Assembly: GCA_036172245.1 (NCBI GenBank)
Contig: JAYWIR010000022.1
Coordinates: forward strand, 2,728,001 to 2,792,000
Length of the DNA: 64,000 nucleotides
Source of the DNA: Raillietiella orientalis
Lineage: Eukaryota
Direction of reading: 5' to 3'
The number at the start of each line of letters is the position of its first letter. Within the stretch, counting starts at the first letter, position 1. Shown piece after piece: positions 38,424-51,700 of the stretch. The translations under genes and the position numbers were made by a program. A model generated the notes under the pieces. That model was not told the DNA's origin. It saw only the letters and a list, made by a program, of their open reading frames with translations, and searched no databases.

Positions 38424-38779
38424 TTCCCTCCAGACCATCGTGAGATTCGTGCTCTTGAGAAGAATCGAGCAGAAAGAAGAAGCATCCGAGGGCGGAAAAG
38501 TCTCTACGCCTCAACTTGCAGCGAACGCCTACCGATACGACCATCACCAAGAGTCAGTTTGCGCCTTCCGACGAGGCGAACCGTGGGCGAAAGGAAGACA
38601 CGCACGCGTACACACCCTGTCCCCTCCTCGATGGCCACCTGTCAGCCTCGCTGCCAACGTGTCGCCCCCGAGAAGCTCCATAGGCCGGTGCCGAGACGCG
38701 CCCGTCCCAAAGCGCCCGAACGGGCAGCGAAAGGGACGACGAGGAAAAACCACGCGACAGTCGGAGAGAGCAGACGTCC
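38424..38779 (-). repeat. Right arm of the long-range inverted repeat with 1-356 (true outer end unknown)
   Basis: Near-identical reverse complement of 1-356. Similarity stops abruptly at 38424/356. Confidence 0.95.
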
Positions 38780-40246
38780 CCGCTTCCGGCTAAGAGGCGA
38801 CGCCGGCTGCCCGTTCTTGCGACTGCCCCCGCCGCCATGACCGCGTTTGGCGATGGACTCGCTGCACGGTGCGCACGCGCATGCGACGGACGCGTCGCCG
38901 CCCGATCTCATCGGAGGGAAGAAAGGCGCGGGTGGAGCTGCACCGCGAACTCGAGGCTGCCTCGAGGTGAGGGCGGCATCCCCCCTGCACGTCTTCGTGC
39001 CGTCCGAGTTGCCGCCGCGAACGCCGCCCGAGGAGCAGCCACCGTGGCGGACTCGGAGACAAGAGACAGGGTCGGGAAGAACGAAGCGCTCTCCAGCATC
39101 CTTCCGACTCCAAGGGGGACGGGAAAGTGGGCGGCGGTGGAGATGCTGCGTGGAAAGCAGGCGACTCAGTCCGGATGACGTCCGTCGCAGCGGAAGTCTC
39201 CTTTCGGCAGGTGACGGTTCTTCGGGGTCGCTTCCCATTGCAAGAAGGGCGAGAGGGAACGGAACGTCTCCGAAACGTGGGATGCGTGCTGAGTCGGCAT
39301 CCGGGTCATCTCGACAGCGAAGGGAGAAAATCTCGGGTGCTTTCGCTTAAGATTCCGAGGTTTTTCCTCTTCTGCATGCTCAACGCTGGAGATCTGCAGG
39401 ACACGCCCGCACGTGTACGAGAGGAGCCGGTGGAAAACTTCCGGACTCCTTACTCTCAGTCCGGAATGGTGTGGCTGTGGGGCAGTGACCTCAAACATCC
39501 GCATGCTGTTATGCAGCAGCGCAGAAAACTTCTCGGTGCTGGAGGCTGTCGGTGAAAGAACTCTTTACGAATCGTCGATGGTTCATAAAGCACACGGGCC
39601 ATGCAGTTGTAGTCGTAGGGTTCGTTGAGATGATCCGTGTCTGACGAACGACAGATGCTCTTGCATTCTGATTATCAACGGAGCTTCACGATGCACAGGG
39701 CTGCTCCAGAGGGATACGAGCCGAGAGGACAACGTGTTTGGAACGATGAGCACTCCATCTCGTGGAGGATGCTGCGCTGCCCCTGAAGCCTCCATCAAGT
39801 CACGGAACAAAGTGATGGAGGCGAACATGCCGAATGCGGGATGCGAAAGTCGGCGTGGCAGCTGAACATCGCCGCCATCATCGGAAGATGTAAGAACCCT
39901 TCTCCTGGATCGCTGCATTCCAAGACAGTGTTGAAGGAGCGGCTCTCATGCTGGGAGGGAGGAGGACCGTCCTCAAGAGCGCTCTCACGACAGAGCTGTC
40001 AGCTGGAAGGACGCGACGTGCGTCGCGCTTCGTATGAGTACTCAACTGCCCCTCCGAGAGAGAAAGATCCGTGTCTGGGATCACAGCGGGCTTTAAACAT
40101 GTGAGTAGCGAGGAAAGGACGATTTGGAAGTGCGCTGAACGAGAAAGCAGGGAGCCAGGGAAAAGAGAGCGTTCGCATCAGTGATGTCCCTCTGCTGTCT
40201 AGTAAAGCCTCATACGAGTTCTCTTGGAGATTGCCGTGCATTGCAA

Positions 40247-40880
40247 CTTCGTGCCCGCAATTTCGGGAGCACCGTTCCCTCCATGTCAGTGTTTTTTTTT
40301 TTCGATGTGTTCCGTCACCTCCTCGGATGACAGTGTGATATGGATTCCATGCTCATCTTCGGGAGACAGCAGAAATTTGCTTGGGATGGAAACGGAAGGC
40401 AGAAGAGAACACTGAAGGTGTTCGATATGAGGCAAAGTAACGGCTATATAAGAAGGTCTAGCGAACGGCACCAACTTTCGGAAAGCCCAGCGGGAGGAAC
40501 GTCACAGATGAAAGAAAATTAATACTTTATGGTCAGCTGCCTCTTCTGCTGGATACGCATGCCGCAGAAGCTCTCACAGGAACGAGACGGATAAGAACAC
40601 GATTATCACGACCACCTGCGTATTTTCCACTCCGTGGTTTCAAACTTTCGCTTCAGATTTTAGTTTCGTGCTCAGATAGCGGGAGATGCTCGCCTGCTGG
40701 GAGCAGACTCGGGAGACCCTGCAGACGGAAGTCTGCAAGTGAAAAAGACGCAGAAGCAAGCAGCGACTCACCACTAATTTTTGCAAAGAAAGTTAAAAAA
40801 TTTATGTGCACAACTGAACACTTAAAGAAAAACCGCTGACACGGGAGAAACGCTACTCCCGAAACTGTGGGAACGAAGCA
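40247..40880. repeat. Diverged inverted pair of about 70 bp (40247-40316 + / 40812-40880 -), probably 3' ends of two related, converging retroelement relics
   Basis: CTTCGTGCCCGCAATTTCGGGAGCACCGTTCCCTCCATGTCAGTG... vs minus-strand CTTCGTTCCCACAGTTTCGGGAGTAGCGTTTCTCCCGTGTCAGCG...; translations FVPAISGAPFPPCQCFFF vs FVPTVSGVAFLPCQRFFF. Confidence 0.65.
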
Positions 40881-42099
40881 TGTAAACCCCAAGAACCCTG
40901 GAGATCTCGTGTCTTCAGCAGGAACTCCTGCCTCCCCAACCTCTCTAGCACGCATAGCTGCTTTCCAGAAAACGCGAACTTGACCGAGCGATACGTTCTT
41001 TCACTGCAAACGGATCCAACGTTCTCTTCTGGGCGAAGACACAGTTTCGAGTGCCCTTCGGGTCAGCCTCGGTTTGGGAAGGTTTCCTGCAAAGAAGCGG
41101 ACTTCTCTTTCTTAACAACCAAGTACTGGTAGTTTCCAGTGGTTTACAGGAAACAAGAGACGGAGAGCGGGTCTTAGGAGCAGGGAGCGACAATCTTTGG
41201 AAAAGTCTTGAGAGGCTCCAAATATGATAGCAGTTCGAGGTACCGGCTGCAAAATGACTCGGTCTTCAGCCCGCTCATCAGAGATGTGTTCTGAAAACTA
41301 AAGATGGAAAGGCCCTTGGAGGAATACCGGTTCCCTGAGAAAACCGAAAGGAAAAGGACAGACCGCCCGTACCGAGGAGAGAGTCCGCGGTTGCTTCGGC
41401 GCCACGTCCGACGCTCGGAACGGGGCGGCACTCGACCGCCGTCGAGCAAGAACCGGGCCACCGTCTCCGAGAGGTGAGCTCGAGCGGCGCCACAAGCGGC
41501 GACTCTCGCTGCCGCGGGCGAAGCCCCGCCCGTTCGGAATCCGGAGCGAGCCGGTCAACTCAAACGGGCGAAAGCGCGCCTCCGAGCCAGGGAGACGCAC
41601 GCACGCCTCGGCTTTGGCGCACTCCCGTCTCCTCCCTGAAAGAAACAACCTCCCCCCCCTCCCCGGTTCGCTTCTCCCTCGGAGGTCGGAACGTCGGCCA
41701 GCCCGGGATCGCGGGACCGCGCTGCCAGAGGGAGCTCCTAGAGACGACGGGCATCTCGCCCTCCGGCGAGTGCGTTCCGAGGAGCGCTCCCGCCGGACTT
41801 TGGATCGCGCGGAGGCGGCTTCCGAACCGAGCTTCCTCCTGAGCAGTTTCCGCGAGCACGAAGAAGTAATCTTTCTTGCTCTCTTCTCTCTTTTCCTCTT
41901 TTTCGTTGTTTGTTTTTAATATTTTCAAGATGACCGCCAACGGGCAACAAAAGTTTGAAGCTCGCCGTTGCTCCTGAGCTGTTTTTCTTCGGCCTGCGAA
42001 TTAAAACGAACTTCCAGGTGTCAAGGGAGAAACCGACACTCGTGGAGCATCCCCAATGAGATACGCGCTTTTTCTCTTCACTTCGGCAGCTTCTCTGTT

Positions 42100-43950
42100 T
42101 CGGCAAAAGCCGGAAGTGCAAATGCGGCATCCCGACAAAACACGGAATTTTTGAATCTTCGCATTGTATTCCTGGTATCAAGAAATTCACGATTTTCTCT
42201 AGTGGAGACATCCGCATCCAATTGATGTCTGGCACACGAGGATCTTTGACAGCTGATGCGCGGTGTCAAGTTCATCTTGCAGAGTCGCTGTTGCTGCAAC
42301 GATAATTTCGAGCTTTAATCTCCAAACATCCGTGCATTTTCGTTTCAAGCGGTATTCCACCCTTATGCAACGTCCTAGGTCCGATAACAGGTGGAGCACC
42401 AGCAGACCACGTATCCTGCACCAAAAACGAAAGACTCACTAATGTGTCCTCTCATGTACAGGTCATTGGCTTGAGAGGGATAGACTGCGAGAGCTTTGTT
42501 CGGAGGAGCTCCGTTGCACGGCAACGAGAAGGAACATCCATACATCCACTACGCAATAAAGCGAGGGGATTAGAAACCGAGACCCTCAAGGAAGGAATGA
42601 CCCTTGACGAGAAAAATGGGGGATTTTTTTTTGTTGCTGTTGTCCGATTTGAATTTTGGACCAGACTCATTTCAGTTGCACGGGACCCTTCCCAAACAGC
42701 CCGAGTTGCTAGGAGCATGCAAAGCGTTTCGAACAGTCCAGGAATCTTCGCAGTGGAGCATCGCAGAATTTCTCTTGGCCTCGCAGTAATTTCGATAAGA
42801 AAACGCTTTTCCACAGTGGGGATTCCCTCTAGGGGGTCTCCAGAAAGTCAGCGCAAAGGAGCAAAGCGCACTTTATTTGGACGATATCACTGGTTGCAAA
42901 AGATGCTAAAGAAATGGACCCCAGGCCCACTGTAGGTGGCGAAACTTGCCGATAAATGAGTAGCACTTGAGATTCAGGTAAGTTTCAGAGAATTGGTTCA
43001 TTGGAGTAACAGCGTTCTGCGAAAGACATTCGAAACTTCCAGCCATCGTTCCAACGAAGGGAGCAAATTGGTAGAGAAGATCAAAAGCTGGCTGTCTTCC
43101 CTTCAAATCTTCGAAGAAGTAGACTGCACCGCTCCAGGAAGAAATAAAGAGTACAAACATGGGTACTACTCATCAGTGTGAGTACTACCTATGTTTGTAC
43201 ATCAGCATCCAGATGAAGGAATCCCCGACCAGGTCGAAACTGCATAAAGAAAGCCCTACGCAAGCTCAGATTCGTCCAAGGAAGAAGTAAGGTGGGAGTT
43301 TCTTTGTATAAAAAGAAATATGGGACTTCCTGCATGGCACTTCCGGCATGATCATGGAGCATGGCATTTCGACTTACACGTCTGCGATTCGGAAACGCAA
43401 TCGCAAAGGGGTGGTGGCTACTGAGAACAATCGAATTACGATGTTGGATTTTCCCTTGAAGTTCCGTTCCGATGAGATCCTCCTCCTGGACCCCGGCTTT
43501 CTCGAAAAAACCCGTTGACATCTTCGAACCGTGAATTCCGAGTTGAGCATGGTGCTCTACATCACAAGGCGGCACGAAATGCAATGGCGTGTAATCCGCG
43601 AATCCAGCCATGAGCACAAGACGGAAATTGCAAGTTTCATTTCCGAAGATTTCCGTCGAATGACCTCAGGCCGAATGCCTGTCCCCATCCTGAAGGGGTG
43701 CTCTCGCATCGCTTATCTCACGGCGAGAACTGAGGATGCTTTTCCAGTGCTGCCACTGCTTTTCAACAATTCATGCGATCTAAGGAAGTTTGGAAACTTA
43801 AAGAGTGCTCCAGAAGTGCTTCCACGGGAGCGAAGCGCTTCTAAAGCATCAGACACACTGTAAATGTTTTGTGAACACAGATAATTTTTCCTTTTCCGCA
43901 GTGAAGGCGTAACGACTTTAATGCATGATTAAAATTAAAATGCATTATGC
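42100..43950 (+). mobile_element. Decayed LINE ORF2 3' half
   Basis: Post-RT-like MTLDEKNGGFFFV (resembling LPxxxGG motifs) and faint C-terminal Cys/His traces, with multiple stops. Weak motif support. Confidence 0.35.
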
Positions 43951-45122
43951 GCACTGGCAGGATGATAAATACGTGATGGGATTTTTCGATGGTACAGGCA
44001 GATAACGGAGGAATCGATCTGATTGTAAAGAACTTAGATTTGTTAGGTTTGTGGATGAGATGCAGGTGGCAATCCGTAAGTAGAAATGCGAATTCTTTCT
44101 TTAAATAATTACTGAAATTATTGCTCACAGAAGGTCTCGCAGTAGGGTTCAGCACCTCACCCTCTCTTTTCAGTTTATTTGAATGTCGTGTGAAATAAAA
44201 CTAACTGTAAGTGATCATCGCGTAAATAATGTCAGCCACATCCGTCTCCACAATGCTATTTCAAAAACTCTGTTCATCTCCGGAAAGCTACGAAAGCTTG
44301 CAATGCGCCCTAGGTGCTTTTTCGAGAAAGTGGCATGTGCCGCGGTGGTTAAATGGCATGTGTGATTTTCGCGATCAGAACGCAAAAAAACAAAAAACAA
44401 AATTGTGCCAGCTCACATTCAGACGAGAGAGATTTTTGCGCGGCATGTATCACCTTAGGATGAAAAGATATTCGAACATTGCGACAGATGATGAGGATTC
44501 GAGGAAAGGAAAAAAAAATTTCCTCTGTTTTCGATCCACTGGAAAGGATCAGAGGACTTGGTTTTTAGTATAAGGTTACGGAATTCCATCTGACGAGGAT
44601 GATGATGTAGCTAACCAAAAAGCTCTGCGACGGAGTCAGGAAGTGTTTAGAAGCGTAGAAAAAGCCCTCCAGAATTGATTCTTGCAACGAGATTTTCCTA
44701 CAGTATGAAATAACGAGGTCAGTACACAAGCGAGGGAACATTAGCGATCTACCCAACAACTGTAAAAGTATGGCGTGAGAACTTACCAGAATTTTTAAAT
44801 GTACAAAACCCTTAATTGCCTAGAGCATGAATCATCAGGAATTACTATTGCCGTTGGATAGTAATTGAAGGTAAACAACCTTTTTCAGTTCATGCAAACA
44901 GCATCTTTGTACAATGTCATAACGATTGAGAAACGAAAAGCTCTCTTTTGTTCGGTTGCCATGCTGCAACAGAGTCGCTGGAAACACAAGACTTTCAAGG
45001 GAAACACATGAGCAGAAGACACACGCAGGAAAGGTAACGTGGTCAACTTTTAGTATGCGGAAGCCTTGCTTTTCTTTCTTTCCAGCATGTTGTTTCCGTG
45101 TCCAATGCCACGGATCGGTGCT

Positions 45123-45163
45123 GTTTTTTTTTTTTTTTTTTAATAAAAAAAAAAAAAAAAAAC
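45123..45163. repeat. Perfect fold-back G-T18-AAT-A18-C
   Basis: T run 45124-45141 and A run 45145-45162, counted directly. Confidence 0.9.
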
Positions 45164-45666
45164 ACTGTAAATAGTAATAAGCACCGATCTCGTGCACCGC
45201 TGAAGTGAGACGGTAGCTTGCACATTGCAAAAAAGAAAGACATGCAAAAAAAATTTCAAAGCTTTCGTTTGTGGGGAAACCGGCAAAGAGAACTCGAGGA
45301 TAGATTTTTTTCAACAAAAAGGGCAGTCTTTCTGCTTGGAACCGAATTTCAAGACCAGGGCATCGTGTTTTAAATTCGAAATTCGCTTTCGGTGATCACA
45401 ATTATCTATGCGCCAATGTAATTGCACGCATGAGTTGCAAGAGGCTGTCACAATTTTTCCTGACTACTGCATCATGATCTTGACGTTCATGATAACGTGA
45501 TTAGCATGCTAATATAATTTAGATTAGAAAGGTAAACCACGTTTTGTCATGATACAAAATAATTGATTTGGAGGGTAATGAGAGCTGCAACTTTCGAATA
45601 TATTGTGGAAACCTCGAGTTACCCAAGGTACAATAAAATGCAATAAGAGTTTCCTGTGTTCTAGAA

Positions 45667-48103
45667 ATGGAACACCAAGAGGACGATAAAAAGAACAGAA
45701 AAAATGACAACGATATCCTGGTAAAGGGAGGCGATCTGCAAAATGAGCAGCCACGGCATCACCATGTTCTCAACGAGAAAGATTCGCACGAGACTCAACC
45801 GAAGCTACACGAAAGTGGGAACGAGAAAATGCTTGTCTCCTACACTGGGGACACCATGCAACCTGATTCGCCATTTCCAAATCAAGTGAATGACAAGAAA
45901 AATGCGAAAATCTCACGTTTTCTCTCTCAGTACTTTCCAGAATGCGAGGAATTTTTGACGGACGTGTTTAACAGTCTTGTGCAGAAAAGGAAATACAAAG
46001 GAAAGAAGGGAAAGAGCAAGCATATAAGCGAAAATTTAAGCGGTGCTCAAGAAGAGAGACACAAGAAAGAGGTTAGTTGCTGCGTAATTGGTCGAGAAAC
46101 CATCGAAAGGTTTGCTTTTGTAGAATTCCCTTATGGATTCGAAGACACAGGAAAGCAAGGTCCGATCGGAAAAACACCTTGTGGATGACAAACAACCAGA
46201 AGATGTCGAGGAGAACACATGCAAAGCTCTTTCGGGAAGAGATAAAAGAAGCATAAGATTCTTCGCAACGAATCATTTCAACTCGCTCGAAATGCACGTT
46301 TTAGAAGGCCCCCATTCCAAGGACCTCAACAGCTGCGAACTGTCGCAGGGTATCAACGCATTTATAAGCGCTCTGATCGACATGTTGCTGAATGCGTCAA
46401 TTCATGGACCGCACGTGCAAAACAGAGACAGCCTTCCTCCCAAAATAAGGGTTTCCGTTGGCAGTCGCGACTGGATGCTCCTCCCGTCCACGGAGATTTT
46501 CAGTGGATGCGCTTTGCTACCGAAGGAACTGAAGCTGGACGACCAGGATTTCCACTGCATCGCACTCACCGACACGTTGAGCAGAATGCAGAAGCTGAAC
46601 TCTCCCAATGAGAGAGAATGCAAAGCGCTCATCTATCCATCGAAGGAAGCGCCATCTAGGAACAGGACAGTGGATCCTTCAGAAGCTCGAGACACGATCA
46701 AGTACCTACAGCTTTGTGGTACAGAGATGCGCGGTGAGGGAACAGCGGAGAAAAGCCTCGATTCGGAGAAAGAACCCATCGTGAAAAAGGGACGCAGGGG
46801 AGAAAGACATCACTTCTCCAGGAACACGAGCATTCGTAGGTCCTTGTCCGTCACGAGTAATACGAAGCTGTTAACGAGAGACAGCGAAGCCGAAGAATTG
46901 GAAACAAACCGCAAAGCAAGGGGAAATTTTCCATCTGAAACGAAGGAAACTGAAGCAACAGACCAGCAGCATGACGATGGGGGGTCATCGATCTTCGTAA
47001 ACACAGCGTTCGCTTGTCCTCAAATGCACCCCCTCGAGACAACGACGAGTGTGATCGCTGCGGCCAGCAAAGAGGCAACCGCTGACCATTGCGATCGAAA
47101 GCACCCTCCCCGAAATCGTTCGGAAGAAGAACGGAAACGCCACCGAACGAATTACAGCGAGTTCATTCACAACGTGCGCCACGTCTTGGCACTTCATGGC
47201 GCAGAGCCAAACTCGGAAACTTCCACAGGAGCACACCGCTTGCAGCCTTCCGAGAGAGGAAAGGAGATTCAGACCCCATGCACCACAGAAACCACCCACA
47301 AGAAGGCGATCATGGGATCCCTTTGTACCGGTAATGCGGAGCACTTTCCAGGCAACGGAAACCTCATCAGTCAAGCCAGTGCAACGGACCTGAGTTCAGT
47401 CGTGAAAAACATACTGAACTTGCAGTACAGGGATCCACTCAGCAGAAACAATGCAGACTTCCAGAAAAGCATCCTGGATTTCATCCAGGATGACAAAAAG
47501 GTCAATAATTATCTCTTAAGAAGCAGGAACCTAAGCAAAGAAAAAGGTTTCCAAGAAAGGGAAAAAGTAAAGACATTAAGAAATACTTTCGAGGGCACGC
47601 TGCTGAAAGAAACACCGGACAGTCAGTTTGCAAGGACTGCATCGGACTTACCTAGGAACAACACGAAGAGCAGCGACAAAAAATCCTCCAGGACCATTCA
47701 AAAGCAAAACAACAAAGCCGCTGGGACTCAAGGATGTTTCGCGGGCCAAAGCTCCGGCAAGGCGAATCAGGGGGTTTCAAACAGAACGCGGGTCGCCAGT
47801 GCAGCCACAGAAGACCCGAAACGCGAAACGGCCTCGGATGCAAAGCAGGAGAAAAGGGGAGCGTGCTGCGAAGACCCCAGCTTGGGAGAAGAAGCTGCCG
47901 ACAGTCCACCTTCTAGAGTGGATCTAGATGCTGTGGCCCAAATCAGGTCTCACTGCGAATCAGTCACATTTTTCGGAGGCCAAATCATTGGCTACAGTAG
48001 GAAGCATCCGAAATGCGTCATCGAGGAATCCGGCAAGACGTTTGAGCAGGCGATCGGGAAATTCAAAACGCTCCAATCTCAAGGGTTTTCAAAGCCCCTT
48101 TGA
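45667..48103 (+). CDS. Uncharacterised, mostly low-complexity charged protein of about 794 aa; exons 45667-46071 and 46124-48103
   Basis: A 1971-nt open frame, joined in phase 0 to the upstream 173-aa ORF by a 52-nt intron (GAG|gttagt...ttttgtag|AAT). No recognisable domain. An acceptor-like ttctag at 45664 means further 5' exons are possible. Confidence 0.7.
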
Positions 48104-48749
48104 ATAACTGGGTCTTGAGGAACCAGAATGGAAAAAAAGAAGAAATATAACAGAAACTGGACTGATCCCATGAGTGCAAGTACATCAACTTTATTATTAA
48201 CCCTTTCTTGATTCAATGCTTTTTGGTACATATTTTCGTATCAACAGCATTGGTCAGGCTGGAAAGATGAACGCTGAGGCATGAAAATACGGCCAAGCGC
48301 AAGAGATATCCGAGCAATCGAGATGCTGTTTTGGGGGCTTCTGCAATGTACCACAGGATGCAAATATTAAACTGCTGGTTCAAAACACCTTTGGTTTTTT
48401 GGTTCATTTCGTTCATGTTTTCCAAACGAAGCCATATGCACCACTCGTGCCAGAATAACACGCAGCATCCTGCTGCAGATGACAGACGAAACTCCCAAAT
48501 CCTCTGATCAAAAATACGCAGAGCACCCCTCAGGAAGGTGTGCTGTCTTCAGCGCACACCTCTCAAAGCAGTTCGACTGAACTGAAAGTGATTCAACGTT
48601 TAGAAACTGCGATGTTGGATGTCAGCTAGAAACGGGACAAGAACCTGTGTGGACTATGGCATTCAGAATCAACAGGGTATGTGGGTATGTGATTTGCTGC
48701 ATCTAAAGGCAATGGAAGACATACGAACCCTTACATAACTTTTATCATT

Positions 48750-51700
48750 ATTAAATGGATTTATTCTACTGTTTATCAACTGCCTTATTATCTGCAGTGC
48801 ACCATGCTTCGGCCTTAAAATGTTCTGACATTCGGGAGTCAAACCGATAACCTTTAGCAAACTGATGACCTCAAAACGTGTTTCCAAGTGTCGAAACTTG
48901 GAAACTTTGGGGGGACCCACATCGCACTCCTGGCCTATCACAAGGGCATCACCTAAAGTGTCCCACGACGAGCCAGGATGTGAAGATACATCAATTCCAC
49001 GAACCGAACCTTGAAACCGAACAAACCATACTGAAGTGCCTCCAAGAAAGAGACGAACTGTTTTCACTTTAGATCCCCTTCTTTAGTAACTAATGACAGA
49101 GGATCGTTCCCCTCGTCCTGGATCCACGTTTAGTGGTTTGGAAAACAGGAAGCCAGAAGTAGTTCAGCAATTGAATATCGTGTGCACCCTCGACACGAGC
49201 AGCACCGAAGTAATCCACGTATGGTAGAGAGTAAGAGAATGGAATGTCTTCGTGGAATTTAGATGCAGTCCGCTTGCAAGCACAGGATCGATGATGCATC
49301 CAGGAGCGGAGAGCTTTTGCTCATGGCCATCCAGGTACTTCTGTTCACGTTCGTTTGTTCATTCCCCGAATTGCTTTGAAGAGTGCTCTCTGTCCTCTTT
49401 CTATCGGGAGTTCTTTAGGTGTTTCCCGAGTTTTCGCAGCTTTCTCTTTGAAGATCCCCCACCTTTCGAAAAACCCGACCTCGCTCTTGGAATCAACTCG
49501 TCTTGTGAGCCACCTAGAACTGATCCCGTGGCCATTGCCGTGCTTGCAAAAAATGCTGACCATGTTCTCGGAACATTCCCGCTAATGGATTTCCACGATG
49601 CGCCTAAGATGCGTGCATAGGAGCAGTACCCATGCTCCGTTTCAGTGAGATGCGCGATGTGCTCCATCCGAGGAAAGTCTGCGAAGTGACGTCTTCCGAA
49701 GAAATGGCGGATTTCCAGACTACAAGACCAATCCCCAGCTCTTTTCCTTTGAGATGAAGTCCGTGACACTCGATGATTTTCTTTTCGGCGAGCATCGTGA
49801 TTGGTATCCTCCTTGCATGGTGCGGAAAATGGAAGGGAAAAGAGGAAAGGCCGGCTTCAGATACACGCCTACGTACAACCTGGGCGTTCTGTTCGTTGCC
49901 CTCACAAACAAGCAAATCCTAATAGCTCCTGGAAGCAAATCTTCTTTCCGCGAGTGACAGGCAGTTCACATGCGACTGTTTGATGATGCTGTGTCCAAAA
50001 GGTTCAAGCAGGTTGCATTCATCCGCACAGATAACACTAGGCACTGCCACATTCCAGATGAGGTGCAGAGTAATTGAGTGAGGCGGGAAAACGATTGCCA
50101 ACTTCCACATTCCACCCGGAAACAAGCAAGCAAGGGCAAGCAAGCAGTGGATGGCAATTCCAAGAGGGAACTTGCCTGTCCCCATCCGGTAACCTATCCG
50201 GGACCCATGTTGCTTCAGGGACTTGCCGAGTGCTGCTTCCGATTTTCCTTAGAAGATTGGCATGCGCGTCCCAGGACCGAGAAGAAAGTCACCTCTCACC
50301 GATCAAGGTCAAAAGAGCAGAGGAAAGGAACGAAACATAGCGGTCGCCTTCTCGAGATCTACCCATTGCCAAGAGATGGAAAGTCTTCTATAACGGGGAT
50401 ACAAGGTATTAGGGAGCCAATTGAAAATGAGCTCCCATAGCTTCCTCGAACAGCGTTCAGTCTCCCCAGCGCAGACCTTTCCGATCTGCAGCGCTCTTCA
50501 AGAGGCGTAGCGGAGGGGCAGTTTTGAGGGTCACCGGCATAAAAATAAAACTCGCGCTGGGAGAAGCAGACGACAGGTTGCCGTGTGAGCAGCCGTGTCT
50601 GTCTCTCTCTCGAGGGCATCCGAATGTTTCAGCACGGAATCTCGCGGGGCATCATCTTGCTCAACGGAAACAGTCACCAGGCACAGCTCTACAGCACGAT
50701 AGGACCCAAAGACGGTCACGTCAGAGGTCGCTTCTGAAGGAGTATCATTAAAGGACATCTTTCGGAGCGATCACAGCCCGAAACGTGAGAAAGCTGCCCG
50801 AATGAATGACGAAAGCAATCCACGGAAGTGCCTGCAGTCAAGATATTAGAGTCCACTGCAGGAAGAAGAGCTCGCAGTGCTCTCTCCACAAAAAAATTGG
50901 ATTCTTTTCCGGCCACTGAGTGGCAAAAAACGGAACTCTTACGATCGTGTATCTGCTTCGGCCGAAGAAAACGAGAATGGAACGGTAGACGAACCATTCT
51001 TCCGAGAACGGTTTTGGGAAGAAATTCGATATGCCTCTGAAATGCAGAATCCACCCCTAATGCATTTCTTCGGAAGGGACCGTTTTCTTCCTGAAATTCT
51101 CCTTCACGATCGCTTTCTGCCGCTATTTGAATATGTGTTCCGACGTAGATCCTCATCCTCCAACTGTTTTCGTCGCGTCCGGGCAACCTGGCATCTTCGA
51201 ACTTTATCCTGAGCTCCCATTTTGACTACGACGGCGGAGGAGGCAGGCGCACGTGCCACGCGCACGGTTCTCTGAGTTTCTGGAATCCCGAGCGTCGCCC
51301 TCGCACACGAAAAGTCGTGCTCCGTGCTTAGCCGGAGTTACCCCCCCCCCCCCTCCCTTCCTTTCCTCTTTCGCTGCTCGCTTCCCCAGTGCCTTCGTTC
51401 CCTTTGGTGCTGACCGGTGGTATCCGACCAAATGCGCCGTTCCTTCTCCTCGAGGCTCCCCAGATGAGATCGAGTGCATGGGCGTGCGCAGCACCAGTGC
51501 ATCTGAGTGTTCGTTCTTCCTGCCACAGCCACACCCTCATAAAGCAAACCTGACCGAACTGATCCACTGGTAATTTTTCTCTCTTCCTAGCGGTTAAATT
51601 CACCACCACCCGTTCTCTTGCGTCTCATTGTTTGAATTCTTTCCCTACACATAGAAATTGCTTCCGCCGCGATGCGCAAACTGTCACTACTCGATGAAGC

